From: Eledone cirrhosa
Lineage: Eukaryota
Length of the DNA stretch: 64,000 nucleotides
Assembly: GCA_964016885.1 (NCBI GenBank)
Contig: OZ024744.1
Coordinates: 97,898,001 to 97,962,000 of the forward strand
Direction of reading: 5' to 3'
Shown: in pieces, positions 23,992-37,797 of the stretch
Position numbering within the stretch: the stretch's first letter is position 1
How the letters are laid out: each line of letters opens with the position of its first letter
The notes under the pieces: generated by a model
The model's database searches: none
What the model saw: only the letters and a program-made list of their open reading frames with translations
What the model was told of the DNA's origin: nothing
Translations under genes and position numbers: made by a program

Positions 23992-24755
23992 TATATAAAT
24001 GAAAGGTATAGAAAGTATTGTAGCAAGAAGCCAACAGTATTCCATTGACTATAGCGTCAAAATGTGAAAAATGGTTAACGTAAGATGTGGGAAAAATAAT
24101 TTAAACTCATCTCAAAAAGAATCAGGATATAGATTCATCCAACAGAATTTAGTGAAATCCAGGGAAAAATCAATAGAGCCTTAACTCATGATAAAATAAA
24201 GTTTAACATACTCATCCTTCAATTTGGGACAACTACAAATGTTCTGTATAGTCTTGAAAAAGACTATTTCACGTAAACTTTCAGTGGAGATGGTCACGGT
24301 TGGAATACGATCCTCAGCAGAGCTCAACACGATAGCCAGATTCTCACTGATTAATATGCCAAAAAGGGAATTTAAAAGCAGGCTAGTTTACCATCATGCG
24401 TGATTATGAAAATAAAACGCACATGTGGAAAGACAGGGCTGGTGACGTCAGAATGAGACGAATGTTTGTTTACAAAAACATTCCGAAAAAAAACTCTACA
24501 ATGCGGAGTTCAGCAAAAAGCAATATTATCGCGGTCTATTTTTAAAATACCGGGATTAGTCACAAATAATTTAAGCATTCTAGGAAAGAAATCCGAGTAT
24601 AAATATATATAAATGAAAGGTATAGAAAACATTGTAGCAAGAAGCCAACAGTATTCCATAATATATAAGTGACTATAGCGTCAAAATGGGAAAATAGTTA
24701 ACGTAAGATGTGGGAAAAATAATTCAAACTTAATTCAAAAAGAATCAGGATATAT
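23992..24755. repeat. ~140-bp direct repeats (23992-24131 and 24606-24755) around a ~470-bp spacer
   Basis: aaatgaaaggtatagaaa...aaaaagaatcaggatata occurs twice, and (AT)n lies on both sides. Confidence 0.8.
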
Positions 24756-24760
24756 ATATA

Positions 24761-26362
24761 CAGTGCCCTGCAAAAGTTTACAACACATTAGGAAAAATGC
24801 GGTTTTAGGTATTTTTAATAAAGTTAGGGTAATGAAAATTTAACTACCGATAGAACATATAATGAGGCATTTAATGATACAATCATAGTTTTAAAAAAAT
24901 AACAAGGAAATAACTCATGAAGAAAAATCAATATTTTTATAACGCAAAAGTTTACAACACATTTATTAAATCATCTCTTAATATTTCGTAGCGTAACCTT
25001 TGTTGCTAATTACAGCCTGTAGGGCGTTTGGAGTAGCCTCCTACAAACTTCTTGCATGTTTCTTGGCTAATATTTATCCATTCTTCACAACAAATTTTCT
25101 TTAGTTCAGGGATATTTGGGGGTTTCCTTTTTTGAATTCTCTCCAGAAATTTTCAATCGGGTTAAGATCTGGAGACTGACATGGTCATTTTAGAACATTT
25201 ATTCCATTCGTACTTAACCAAGATTGTGTTAGCTTTGCAGTAAGCTTTGGATTGTTGTCTTGTTGAAAAAACCAACCTGGCTTTAAGCTGAGAGAATGTG
25301 CACTTTGATGTAAATTCCTTTGGAAAATACCTCTATAATAAGTGCCACCCATTCTTCTTTCTATTATTTCAATATTTCCTACTCCTGTGGCACTAAAGTA
25401 ACCCCAGACCATGATTGATCCACCTCCAAATTTTACAGTTGGAATAGTATTCTTCAGCGAATATTCAGTACCTTTCTTTCTCCAGACTTTTGCCACAGCA
25501 TTTCGACCAAAATGTTCAATTTTTGTTTCGTCCGACTAAAGTACATCTTCCCAAAATGACGCAGGTTTGATGAGATGCTCATTTGCAAAGTTTAATCGAC
25601 GAAGAACGTGTTTCCTCGTAAGAAATGGTGTTTTCCTTGGAGACCTCGAGAAGATATTATATCGACGAAGTGAACGACTAATTGTATCTGTGCTCACTTT
25701 TACTCCACTTTCTTTTAGGTCATCCTGAAGATTTTTAAGAGTACACCGGGGTTCGTTGCCAATCTTTCTCGTCAATAACCGAGCTGCACGTTCCGTTATC
25801 TTTCTAGGACAACCAGAACTAATTAGAGGACAGATGGAATGATGAGATTTCCAGTTACGAATTATAGTACCAACTGAACTCAATGGCACATTTAACTGAC
25901 TAGATATCTTTCTATAACCAACACCATTTGTATGAAGGTCTACAATGCGTTTACAGAGGTCTTGATCAATCAGTTTATTTTACCCCATATTGTCCATGTT
26001 TACAGGACGGTTGTCAATGTTTACAGGATGGTTGTCAGACAAATAATGATGTAATGTTTTTAATAGTCCTTAGAAGTTACCTTAAACCTAATCTAGAACA
26101 TTCTACTGAATTTTAAATCTGAAAATTTAAGAATTTTCTTGAAAAAAAGCGATAAATATAAAATGTGTTGTAAACTTTGGCGTTATAAAAATATTGATTT
26201 TTCTTCATGTTATTTCCTTGTTATTTTTTTAAAACTATGATTGTATCATTAAATGCCTCATTATATGTTCTATCGGTAGTTAAATTTACATTACCCTAAC
26301 TTTATTAAAAATACCTAAAACTGCATTTTTCCTAATGTGTTGTAAACTTTTGCGGGGCACTG
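24761..26362 (-). mobile_element. Full-length, inactivated Tc1-family (DD34E) transposon with ~200-bp IR-DR terminal inverted repeats
   Basis: TA|CAGTGCCC...GGGCACTG|TA. The direct repeat aaagtttacaacacatt occurs at both ends of each TIR. Confidence 0.92.
24978..25988 (-). pseudogene. Tc1 transposase pseudogene
   Basis: GYRKIS, GCPRK, VL*SDETK, FGGGSIMVWG, QQDN-(34 aa)-SPDLNPIE and GYATKY*, with several stops and frameshifts. Confidence 0.9.
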
Positions 26363-26568
26363 TATATATATATATATATAGGAACGATCGACTTTCGTCA
26401 AATCAGACCGAGGAAACAATGTTTCCGTTGGTCTTTCCAATTGCTAATACTATCTATCGGTCGCAACTCCAGGTAGAAGGAGCAACATGAAATAAAGTGT
26501 CTTGCTCGAGGACATAACGCATTGCCTGGTCCAGGAATCGAACTCACAACCTCACGATTGCGAATCCA

Positions 26569-26605
<37 letters not shown>

Positions 26606-26613
26606 CATATATG

Positions 26614-27202
26614 GTGGCTGCCAACTCGTTTTCGAGTACAGCCACTACTTTATATCCATGTAGGAGAACCCCTACCGATGCGCTGAACGAGTGTGACTTT
26701 TTAGTCCAGCCAGCGACTTGAAAACACTTGTGACAATTATCGACACATAGTGCTTTGCCTTTGGTACCATGTGACGACAAGTGCAGAGAGATCTCCAGAT
26801 ATAAAGCAATGCCTGTGCCGTGAAGCTTTTATAGTGAGCAAAGGCACTGCACAAAGCCAGTCCCACTCTCTTAACCAAGATGATATTTACCAAAAAGAAG
26901 AACAAGTCAACATCATTGGATACCATCAGGGTTGCAGGTGTTATATCAGAGTTTTCCTTCTCCTAGAATTCTGCCTTGACAAAGGCTAAGGGGTCATCTC
27001 TCCCAGTGATTTTGGATGGCCATTGACTCTTAAGAGCTCCTTTGCCCTTTGACAGGTTTTGTTTTTAGTCCTGCAGGATGTCCAAAGTCACCCTCCTCAC
27101 CAAGCAACCTTGGTGGGGTTGCCAGTTTAGTCGCCAACGACCCAACCATGAGACAGGTTGTACTGAGATACATGTTACCAGTAGCACCAAGTGGTGACCT
27201 GA
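26614..27202 (-). mobile_element. Non-coding element resembling an RTE 5' region (copy 2, longer)
   Basis: Inverted homologue of 22605-23006, flanked by (AT)n/(ATAC)n. Confidence 0.55.
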
Positions 27203-27282
27203 CATACATATACATATACATATACATATATATATGTATATATATATAAATATATATATACATATATTTATATATACATATA

Positions 27283-27440
<158 letters not shown>

Positions 27441-27441
27441 C

Positions 27442-27499
<58 letters not shown>

Positions 27500-27534
27500 A
27501 CATATATATATATATACATATATATATAATATAT

Positions 27535-28612
27535 AAGAACAAAAGATGGTTAAAAGAGTTCCATGTATTTTATTATGCGCATTTCAAAAACAAATATCAT
27601 CATGCAATAATATTTGTGTTTTCATCAGATAAAACAGGAAGACATGATATGAAGGTTAAAAAACACTTGTGAATAGTTCAGTTTTAAATCAACATATGAA
27701 AAGTAGTTTTAGATTGATGTGTAATATTGGGAAAAATATTTTATTTAGAGGGGGGGTTGGAAAGGATGAAAAAGAGGAGGAGATGAGAGTAAAAAGTGGA
27801 GAGGGAGGAGTATAATGAGGAAGGATGAGATAGGAGGAGAGATGGGTGATAGAGAGAGATAGCTTTTATAACTGAGAAAGATATATTGTTTTACATAGAG
27901 AGGTTGAAAACCGTTGGAAGATAATGTATAAATTAAAAGAATTTGAAAATTAACGAAGAGAAAAATAATGTAAAGTTAAGGTTTGTATATTGAGGGGTTT
28001 GATAATATGTGCGATGAAAAAGAAAATGTTAATATGTATTGAGAATAATAATATTTAAGGTTTAATAATATTTAAGGTTTAATAATATTTAAGAAAAAGT
28101 TGATATGTATTATTAAAAGGAATAACAGGTTATTTAAGTAAGGAAATATTGAGATGAGCATGAATGAGTTAGATGAAAGGGAGAAAAGAATAATGAATTG
28201 AGGATGAATAATCTAACGTCAAAAAAATGTGTATGTTTACGAAGGATTTTTACAAGGTGATATAGAGTAAGAGTGTATTGTATTATGTAATAATTGATTC
28301 TATGTTAGGCAAGAGTGAGAAAAGGTACAGATTAGGGGTTAGACATTAAAAGTTGAAGAGAAGAAAGGGAAGTGATAAATAGGGGCGATGTAGAATGAGT
28401 AACAAGTATTATAGAATGTATAATAACCTTTGAAATAAGGTAGAAAGATGGGTATATTTTTAAAAGAAGTGTATATATATGTGCCTTTGAGAAAAAGATT
28501 CTAAATTGATAAAGAATTGAATTTTAGCTGTATACTTTGTGAAATGTTTTATGGAATTTATGCAATTTATCCGATATCTGCATTGCTTTAAATAAAACTC
28601 ACCTCCTACATT
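27535..28612 (-). mobile_element. Non-coding HHR-bearing element (PLE pLTR or retrozyme-like)
   Basis: Lies between (AT)n tracts, has an HHR near its 3' end, and shares both ends with 51655-51848. Confidence 0.65.
27568..27634 (-). ncRNA. Minimal type I HHR
   Basis: ttttat-CTGATGA-aaacacaaatat...atatttgttttt-GAAA-T-GCGC-ATA^-ataaaa. Confidence 0.75.
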
Positions 28613-28722
<110 letters not shown>

Positions 28723-28723
28723 G

Positions 28724-28912
<189 letters not shown>

Positions 28913-29384
28913 TATTCCACATTTTCCCGAATATTTTTTGCGGATATAGAGGTTATCTCCCTTGCTGAAATCCATGTGCGTATTTTCAATCTGGGTTTTG
29001 CCTTTCATTCGTTCGGACTAAAGCTCGTTGAAGAAGTAAACTCCAGTCCGCTGGCGTCTAGAAGTCTTATATATTTTTATGTGAGCTGATAGAGGACAGT
29101 TTAAGGATTTACAGAAACCCAAGAAGCTAGATTTACCTTCTTTCTAGCGGGTCCGGGTATGCTTTTTACATTCATTTGATGTATTGATTTATTGATATTT
29201 TATCTGAGTGTCCCGAATCTTCCATATCGCAATTTTTCGGTCGTATGGTTGATTGTAGACATATTCTATGTGTGACGGTATTTTAACGATAGTTATAGCT
29301 CTGATTTATCTGAATTATTGAGCCCTCATATCGAATTTTGTTTATCGTGAACTCGTGCGCCGATTTTTCGATACTCGATTATTC

Positions 29385-29462
<78 letters not shown>

Positions 29463-29514
29463 AGGGCGGTGCCCCAGCATGGCCTCAGGCGGATGGCTGA
29501 AACAGGTAAAAGAG

Positions 29515-29550
<36 letters not shown>

Positions 29551-29556
<6 letters not shown>

Positions 29557-30527
29557 TAAAATAACAGATTAAAGTTTAAGCAAAGAATCGCTGCTTTCAC
29601 CCTTAACGGGATCTTCTGAAACTAACAAAGTCAATCTGTAAACGCAGAAGTGGATATTTCAAAAAACGTTGCAACCGGAGGAAGACAGGAAGACGATACT
29701 TTGGTTCGTGGAAACGTTCCCTGGCAAAGAACGGGAAAAAACGAATCCTTCAGGGTAAAGTGGGGAGAAATAGGGTCCAGAGGTTCGGTCCGGTCCAGGA
29801 TGTTGAGATCAGATGTGATTTTAAACCCAGCATCGTTGATTTCATTGATGACGCACCGATTAGTTTTACGGTAATCCTTAGTTACAGCATTATGTAGTAG
29901 TTGATGGTAAGTACTGCGCTCCACTTGATATAGATTGCCAGTTTTGTCGGAATGGACGTGCACGGCATTAGAATCCTTAATAGAACGAATTCTATTCTTC
30001 AGGTCCTGCTGGAAGGAATTGCTCCTATTCCGAAATTTGATACTCCGTATGAGTTCCAAGACATCATTTTCGAAGGGTAGCCATGCTGGGTTATACGGGG
30101 GGTTATTATAGGTTTTAAACCCAAATTTATCCTGTTTATTGTCTGCTTTTCGCCGATTATCGAAATAAAAGGCACGCCAACGCAACCTTTTAATGAACGC
30201 GTCTGTTTTCTGTATTAGGAGTTTTAGGTATGTTTTCCTGCTTGGTACGGGTATGTTCTTTGTAGAAATATTCAGATGTTGTTTCTGCATGGTGAATATA
30301 AGTCAATAGAGTGCTCAACCGAGGGAGCCAAATAGTAATAATAATAAATTTGAAGACTAAAATCCAAAGAGGGCTCGATAAGGATAAATATATATCAAAT
30401 ATATAAGAACCGTAGAGCTTAAACTTTAATCTGTTATTTTAATAAATATTTGCTCTACGATTCTTATATATTTGATATATATTTATCCTTATCGAGCCCT
30501 CTTTGGATTTTAGTCTTCAAATTTATT
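29551..30527 (-). mobile_element. Internally deleted Naiad-type PLE: inverted 5' pLTR piece, 5' UTR, N-terminal ORF (30290 to ~29745) and 3' pLTR with HHR
   Basis: ORF STKNIPVPSRKTYLKLLIQKTDAFIKRLRWRAFYF...SDKTGNLY...HFTLKD is homologous to ORF 47855. Hairpin at 30343-30527. Positions 29551-29581 are the reverse complement of 30417-30447. Confidence 0.85.
29573..29623 (-). ncRNA. HHR with a mutated core (CAGAAGA)
   Basis: agttt-CAGAAGA-tccc gttaa gggt-GAAA-gca...tg-CTT^-aaact. Confidence 0.55.
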
Positions 30528-30544
30528 TGTCTTCAAATGCCTTT

Positions 30545-31003
30545 TATGCTTTGTGTGTATATGTGTGTGCGCGTGCATTGCGTGTACGTGTGTGTATATG
30601 TGCGTCTGTGTATGTGTATGTATATATGTGTGTGTGTTGTGCTTGTGCATTGTGTGTACGTGTGTGTATATGTGTGTCTGTGTCTATATATGTTTATGTA
30701 TATATGTGTGTGCGTGTGCATTGTGTGTACGTGTGTGTATATGTGTGTGTATGTATGTCAGTGTCTGTATACGCGTATGTATATATATGTGTGTGTGTGT
30801 TGTTGTGCGTGTGTATATATATATATATATGTGTGTGTGTGCGTGTGTGTGTTGTTGTGCGTGTGTATATATATATATATGTGTGTGTGTGTGTTGTTGT
30901 GCGTGTGTGTATATATATATATGTGTATATGTGTGTGTATGTGTGTCAGTGTCTGTATACACGTATGTATATATATGTGTGTGTGTGTTGTTGTGCGTGT
31001 GTG

Positions 31004-31044
<41 letters not shown>

Positions 31045-31130
31045 ATGCGTATGTGTGTGTGTATGTGTCAGTGTCTGTATACACGTATGTATATATATAT
31101 ATATATGTGTGTGTTGTTGTGCGTGCGTGT
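30545..31130. repeat. Compound (TG)/(TA) microsatellite with longer sub-repeats
   Basis: Repeated gtgtgttgttgtgcgtgtgtatatata and tgtcagtgtctgtatac units. Confidence 0.85.
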
Positions 31131-31204
31131 AATACTTATAAAATTGAAAGTTCTTTTAGTTCGTGTACGTATAATGAAGTTAGACAGAAAGAAATGTAGT
31201 TAAT

Positions 31205-31392
31205 TTTTGTTTCAACTTTAGGCACAAGGCCAGCAATTAGCCAGTGCATTACTGGTACTTTATTTTATCGACCCCGTAAGGATGAAAGGCAAAGTCAACC
31301 TCAGCGGGATTTGAACTCAGATCGTAAAGGGACGTAACTATGCTTGAAAGCATGGCGTCCGACCCTCTACCGATACTGCCAATCCACCGCCC
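31205..31392 (-). mobile_element. SINE family A
   Basis: Reverse complement of the consensus. Confidence 0.85.
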
Positions 31393-31564
31393 TTTTAGTT
31401 AAAGTTAATATTGAAAGCCAAATATAAAAAGACGAGGAGTTACAGAGAAACGAGTGAGAGTGGGTCTTGTTAAAGAATGTTTGTTAACTGAAGATAGACA
31501 CATTTCTAAAACATGTTGAACCTGATGGAGATAGAAAAAATACAAGACACGATTATGTGTCACT

Positions 31565-31606
31565 CAACTCTTGTCTTTCTCTGTCTTTTTTCTCTTTCTC
31601 TCTTTC

Positions 31607-31651
<45 letters not shown>

Positions 31652-31682
31652 TTCTTGTGCTTTCTCTTTCTCACTCTCTGTT

Positions 31683-31732
<50 letters not shown>

Positions 31733-31828
31733 ATCCCTCTCTTTCTCACTCTTTCTTTCTCTCTCCCTTACATTCTATTTCTCTCTCTTTCTTCCTTTCT
31801 CATTTTCCTCTCTTTCTCTTTCTATTTT

Positions 31829-31901
<73 letters not shown>

Positions 31902-32152
31902 TTCTCTCTCTCTCTCTCTCTTTCTTAGGCTTTCTCTTTCTCACTTTCTCTTTTTCTCTTTTTCCTCTCTCTCTTTCTCACTCTCTCAATTTCTTTTTCT
32001 CCCCCTTTTTCTTTCTCCCTCTCTCTTTTTCACTCTTTCTTTTTTTCTCTCTCTCTCTACCTCCCTCTCTTTTTCTCTCTCTTTCTGCTTCTCCGTCTCT
32101 CTTTTTCTCTGTTTCTCTTTTTCTCTCCCTTTGTCTTTCTCTCTCTCTCTCT
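31565..32152. repeat. Polypyrimidine (CT)n/(CTTT)n tract
   Basis: ~590 bp of almost pure C/T on the + strand. Confidence 0.9.
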
Positions 32153-32237
32153 CAGTGTGTGTGTACTCAGTTTAGTGTTAACGAACACAAAAGCTTTAAC
32201 CTCTCTCTCTCGAGACACAGATATATATATATATATT

Positions 32238-32331
<94 letters not shown>

Positions 32332-32474
32332 TAAGTACCTTACCTAGACATGTCATTCGGAAAGAAGTGGTTGTGCTATTATTGAAGAGCATCAACATGC
32401 GTAGAACTCCCCACTTTTTATGGGTCATTACCCCTTTCTCAAGGCCTACAATGTAAAATAAATTCCCCTTTATA

Positions 32475-32568
<94 letters not shown>

Positions 32569-32627
32569 TTCTCTTCCATCTCTCTCTATCTATCTCTGGG
32601 TAATATATATATATATATATATATTTA

Positions 32628-32715
32628 TTGCACTACGATTCTTATATATCTGATATATATTTATCCTTATCGAGCCCTCTTTGGATTTTAGTCTTCAAAT
32701 TTATTATTATTACTA
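32628..32715 (+). mobile_element. Solo fragment of the 5' UTR of the 29551-30527 PLE family, in (AT)n
   Basis: Near-identical to 30451-30527. Confidence 0.75.
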
Positions 32716-32741
32716 TATATATATATATATATGTGTGTGTA

Positions 32742-32794
<53 letters not shown>

Positions 32795-32834
32795 ACTTAT
32801 ATATCCTCTCTCTCTGTGTCTGTCTTTTTTTGGC

Positions 32835-33395
32835 AGAAAAGTTATATATACCAACATTTCTCATAAAGCCTGGGATGTGTGAAAAATCTGTTTCTAAAGG
32901 CAAAAGAATTGAAATAACTTTGACATAAGTTTGCAGATATATTTAAAGTAAAATTTAAAACTGACATTTTAGATTGATCATAACACTAAGAACTGGTGAA
33001 AGATGAAAAACAGAATCTGTAGTTAAGCTAGGAAGATGGAAAATGTCTAATAAACCTCTTCTTTCTTTTTTTTTTATTTTATTTTTATTTTATTTTATTT
33101 GTATTTTATTTTATTTGTTTGTTTGATTGTTATTTTTTTTTTTTTTTTTCGTTTTCTAAACTTTCTAAACGCAGTAGATTACAAATGCAAGTTGAAGACA
33201 GGACTCCCTAGCTTTCACCAAGTTTGATGTTAGATGAGTGCGAAAATGCATTTTCGAGATTCTCAGCAGCAGTATTTCCCAGAAAACTGGTGCAATTTAA
33301 GATGTAGATGAAAGGTTTTCACGAAGATATGTTAATAGAAGAAATATTTAAGGCAAGTGAAGTGTTAATATGATGGCAAACAAATGTTGTTGGTA
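32835..33395 (+). pseudogene. Highly decayed DNA-transposase remnant, probably CMC/Chapaev-3-like
   Basis: Fragments EKLYIPTFLIKPGM, MSAKMHFRDSQQQYFPEN, ER-FHED and SVNMMA resemble the LPPLHIKLG / MSxKxHFLxSH..FPEN / GERFHQD / MMADYCW series. The family assignment is from recall, not a search. Confidence 0.45.
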
Positions 33396-33399
33396 CAAT

Positions 33400-33735
33400 G
33401 AAGGCGCGTGGCTTTTTGATTAGAGCGTTGAGGTCAAGATCGTAAGGTTGTGAGTTCGAATCTCGAACCGGGCGGTGTATAGTATTCTTAGGCAAAACAC
33501 TTTATTTCACATTGTTTCAGTTCACTCAGGTGTAGAAATGAGTTGCGATGTCACTGATGCCAAACTGTATCGGCCATTGGCTTTCCTTTGGACAACATCG
33601 GTGGTGTGGAGGGGTAAGGCTGGTATGCGTGGGTGACTACTGGTCTTCCATAAACAAACCTTGCCCTGTCTTGTGCCTCGGAGGGAAACTTTCTAGGTGC
33701 AAAACCTTGGTCATTCGTGACCGAAGGGGGTCTTA
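33400..33735 (+). mobile_element. SINE family B, long copy
   Basis: tRNA-like head (GAGTTCGAATCTC), core and tail. An inverted copy lies at 35420-35762. Confidence 0.7.
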
Positions 33736-34762
33736 AAAAAAGATTGTGGATTAGGCAGCGAATTGGCAGAGTCGTTAGAATGTTAGATAGAATGCTTTGC
33801 GGTAATCGTTTCGTTTCAAGTTCAAATCCCGCCGAGGTCAACTTTGCCTTTCAGCCATTCGAGATCGATAAAAAAAAAAGGTAGTAGTCTAGTATTGGGG
33901 TCAATTCTTCCTCTATATCTCTTTCTCACTTCCGTTCTCTCACTCTCTCTATCTTTCTCTAGAAGAAATCTGCTATATTCGGACATTCAGAGGATTGGGC
34001 TCCGCCAGCTTTTAAAATGCTTCCTACGACTCCCTCGGAAGTTACGGAATCATACATGCATGCAAAGGTTGTGGATTAGCAGAAATGATAGAGCATCAGT
34101 TAAAATACCGTTGTGATATTTGATCTGTACTTTCTGAGTTCAAATCCCGCCAAGGTCACATTTCCCTTTCATCCCTCAGTCAAATACTGAGGTGGATTTA
34201 ATCGACTTTGCCCTTCCTCAAACATTTATTGGTCTTGTGTTTAAATTAAAAATCAATATGATTACAAATATGATTGGTTAATTAACGAAGCATTGGTAAA
34301 TTTCAAAATGTTCAATCATAGTTGCCACAATACAGTTGTTACAAGCCAAAACACTTTGCCGAAGCTTGTGTCTCGGAGGGATTCCTTCTAGCCACAAAAC
34401 CATGGTCATTAGTGACCGATAAGGGCCTCTAAAATGATGCCATAAATAAATTTTGGATAAATTGGGGTGAGAAATGGACAGCGACTCCTGGAGTTAATCG
34501 AACCACGGCATTCTCTGTTCACTTCTGTCCCTTGTACCATTACTACAATTGTTCCTGTTATTTCGAACTATCTCCACTAACTGTGTACTATCTCACCTGA
34601 GCTTACTTAATGCTCCAGCAATAAAGTAAGCTTTGGTGGAGTGGAAACACATATCATTTTCTCGAGTGTTTCTTCCTTTAAACCTACTAAAGATTTCCGT
34701 CTATCTTTATGAGAAATTGTAAGGGACTGTTTGTTAGGAGAAATCTTTCTAACCAGATATCA

Positions 34763-35000
34763 ACTCACCACCATAGGCGCTGAACTGGCCAGCTGCAGGT
34801 GTGAGCCTCGCGAGTAGGAATGGCTCTTCCAGCGCATCTCCCTTACCATCCTCTGGAGAAACGCCTTTTCCATTCTGTCCACCAGGGCTGTGGGGAGGCC
34901 AGCACGTGGGACCCCATTTGCTCACTATACAGAGAGATGGGGAGGGCGAGAGAGAGATGGAGGCGATGACAGTAGGAGTTCGGCTCTTCCACGTTCGGAC
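34763..35000 (+). mobile_element. 3' end of a CRE-like non-LTR element (endonuclease C-terminus plus 3' UTR), family 1
   Basis: Translates LTTIGAELA...EPRE*EWLFQRISLTILWRNAFSIL, matching the RExxWLxQRxSLAIxRGNAxSIL end of CRE-type endonucleases. Confidence 0.65.
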
Positions 35001-35419
35001 CATATCCTTGTGGTTGTGTTCATTAAGCCCTAGCGCAGTAATGAAATATATATAAAAATAATTAACCATGACAATGTTTCAAACATTTCTGTGACAATGG
35101 TATTATGGACTGGAATATTACAAGAGTGATTGTAATACTCTCTCTTAGAATATGTTATCTTATTCTCACCAAATGTTAAATCTACAAAAGATCAAGTTGA
35201 GCATCAACTTCCATCAGCATACCTTCTATCTGTGACCCTCTTTACCCACCCCGCCACCACCGAGATTGTGGGTATCGTGCATCTATCTTGGATTAAATAA
35301 AGGCTTCTAATTTAAGCCCTTTACTAGGGGAGGAAGAAAGTTGTCAATTAAATTAACTCCAGTATTTAACTGGTACTTTATTTTATCGGCCTCTCACACC
35401 TAGTTCCACTCCAAGGCAC

Positions 35420-35762
35420 AAGTCCTGGCCAAGGTTGTTTATGGAAGACCAACAGTTGCCGATACATACCAGTCTCCCCCTCACCTCGCCACCGATGTTG
35501 TCCAAGAGAAAGGCAATGGCCGATACAACTTGGCACCAGTGATGTCGCAACTCATTTCTACAGCTGAGTGAACTGGAAGAACGTGAAGTAAAGTGTCTTG
35601 TTCAAGAACACAAAGCATCACTCGGTCCGAGAATCGAACTCACAACCTTGAACGTGAAGTAAAGTGTCTTGCTCAAGGACACAAAGCATCACTCGGTCCG
35701 AGAATCGAACTCACAACCTTACGATTATAAGCCCAATGCTCTAACCGCTAAGCCATGCGCCT
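35420..35762 (-). mobile_element. SINE family B with an internal ~70-bp tandem duplication
   Basis: aacgtgaagtaaagtgtcttg...gaactcacaacctt occurs twice. Confidence 0.7.
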
Positions 35763-35772
35763 TCATACAACA

Positions 35773-36745
<973 letters not shown>

Positions 36746-36910
36746 GATGTTAAGGTATTGTTATCAAACTAAATAATATTAAAATCTCATAGATTCAATA
36801 TTATGTGAGATATTATGTGAGATATTATGTGAGATAAAGCCTTTACTGTGAAAATACAATAGTATATATAGAGAGAGTAATGAGATACATTATAGTAGCT
36901 GGGACATTAA

Positions 36911-37315
36911 CCCTTTAGCATTTAAATCGGCCGTATCCGGCCAGAATTCTCTCACATCTTCTGTTCAAACTGGGTCTGACCGGCCACTCATACTGATGTT
37001 AGAGGTATTGTTCTCAAAATAAATAATATCAAAATCTCATAGATTCGATATTATGTGAAATTCGATATTACCGCGAAAATACAATAGTAAATATTCTTGA
37101 TCCAGGATCTTGAACACCTCCCTGGACTCCTTCCACCAACTTCTGTCCCTTGTCATTCTTGGGCATGAGGGTCCCAGGTGGTTGGTGATGTCGCGTCGCC
37201 ATCTTGTCCTTGTTGGCCGTCTTTTTGGTCTTGTCCATTTTCTTGGTGTCCATTCTGTCATTCTGATCGTCCATCTGTTATCACTGATATACAGAGTAAT
37301 GTAAATCTTAAATGG
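36911..37315. mobile_element. TTAA-flanked piggyBac-like MITE interrupted by an RTE 3' fragment (37110-37280, minus)
   Basis: TTAA|CCCTTTAGCATTTA ... TAAATCTTAAATGG|TTAA. The insert translates TEWTPRKWTRPKRRPTRTRW. Confidence 0.5.
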
Positions 37316-37797
37316 TTAAACCGAAAACCTTTTCATTTAACTTTTGATAAAATGTTGATACTTCACTACTTGGTTATGAAGAGTAGATATTCTGTCGTGT
37401 ATTCGATTCCTGGACTGAGTTGTGTGTTGTGTTCTTCAGAAAAACACGTTGCCCCCAGTTTACTCAGCTGCTGAAAATGAGTTACCAGCATCAATAGCTA
37501 GGGAGTATGTGTGTGTGTGTGTGGGGGGGGGCTAACTCTGTGATAGACTGATCTCCCGTTCAGTCTTGGGTTCTAAGTCACTTTACGCCACGAAACCGAG
37601 ATAAACATCAGCCTAAATAGCCCCCGGGCTCGAGACAGGCATAAGACTTAGATGGTTTAGGTCAAAACAGAGACAGAAAGATAGCTATATAGACAACAGG
37701 GCCGTATTAGTGCCAGGTTGTTGGGTTTTTTGTTGTTGTTGTTGTTTTTGTTTGTTTGTTTTTTGCGTTAGCATCATCATTAATTAAGTCTAAAGGG

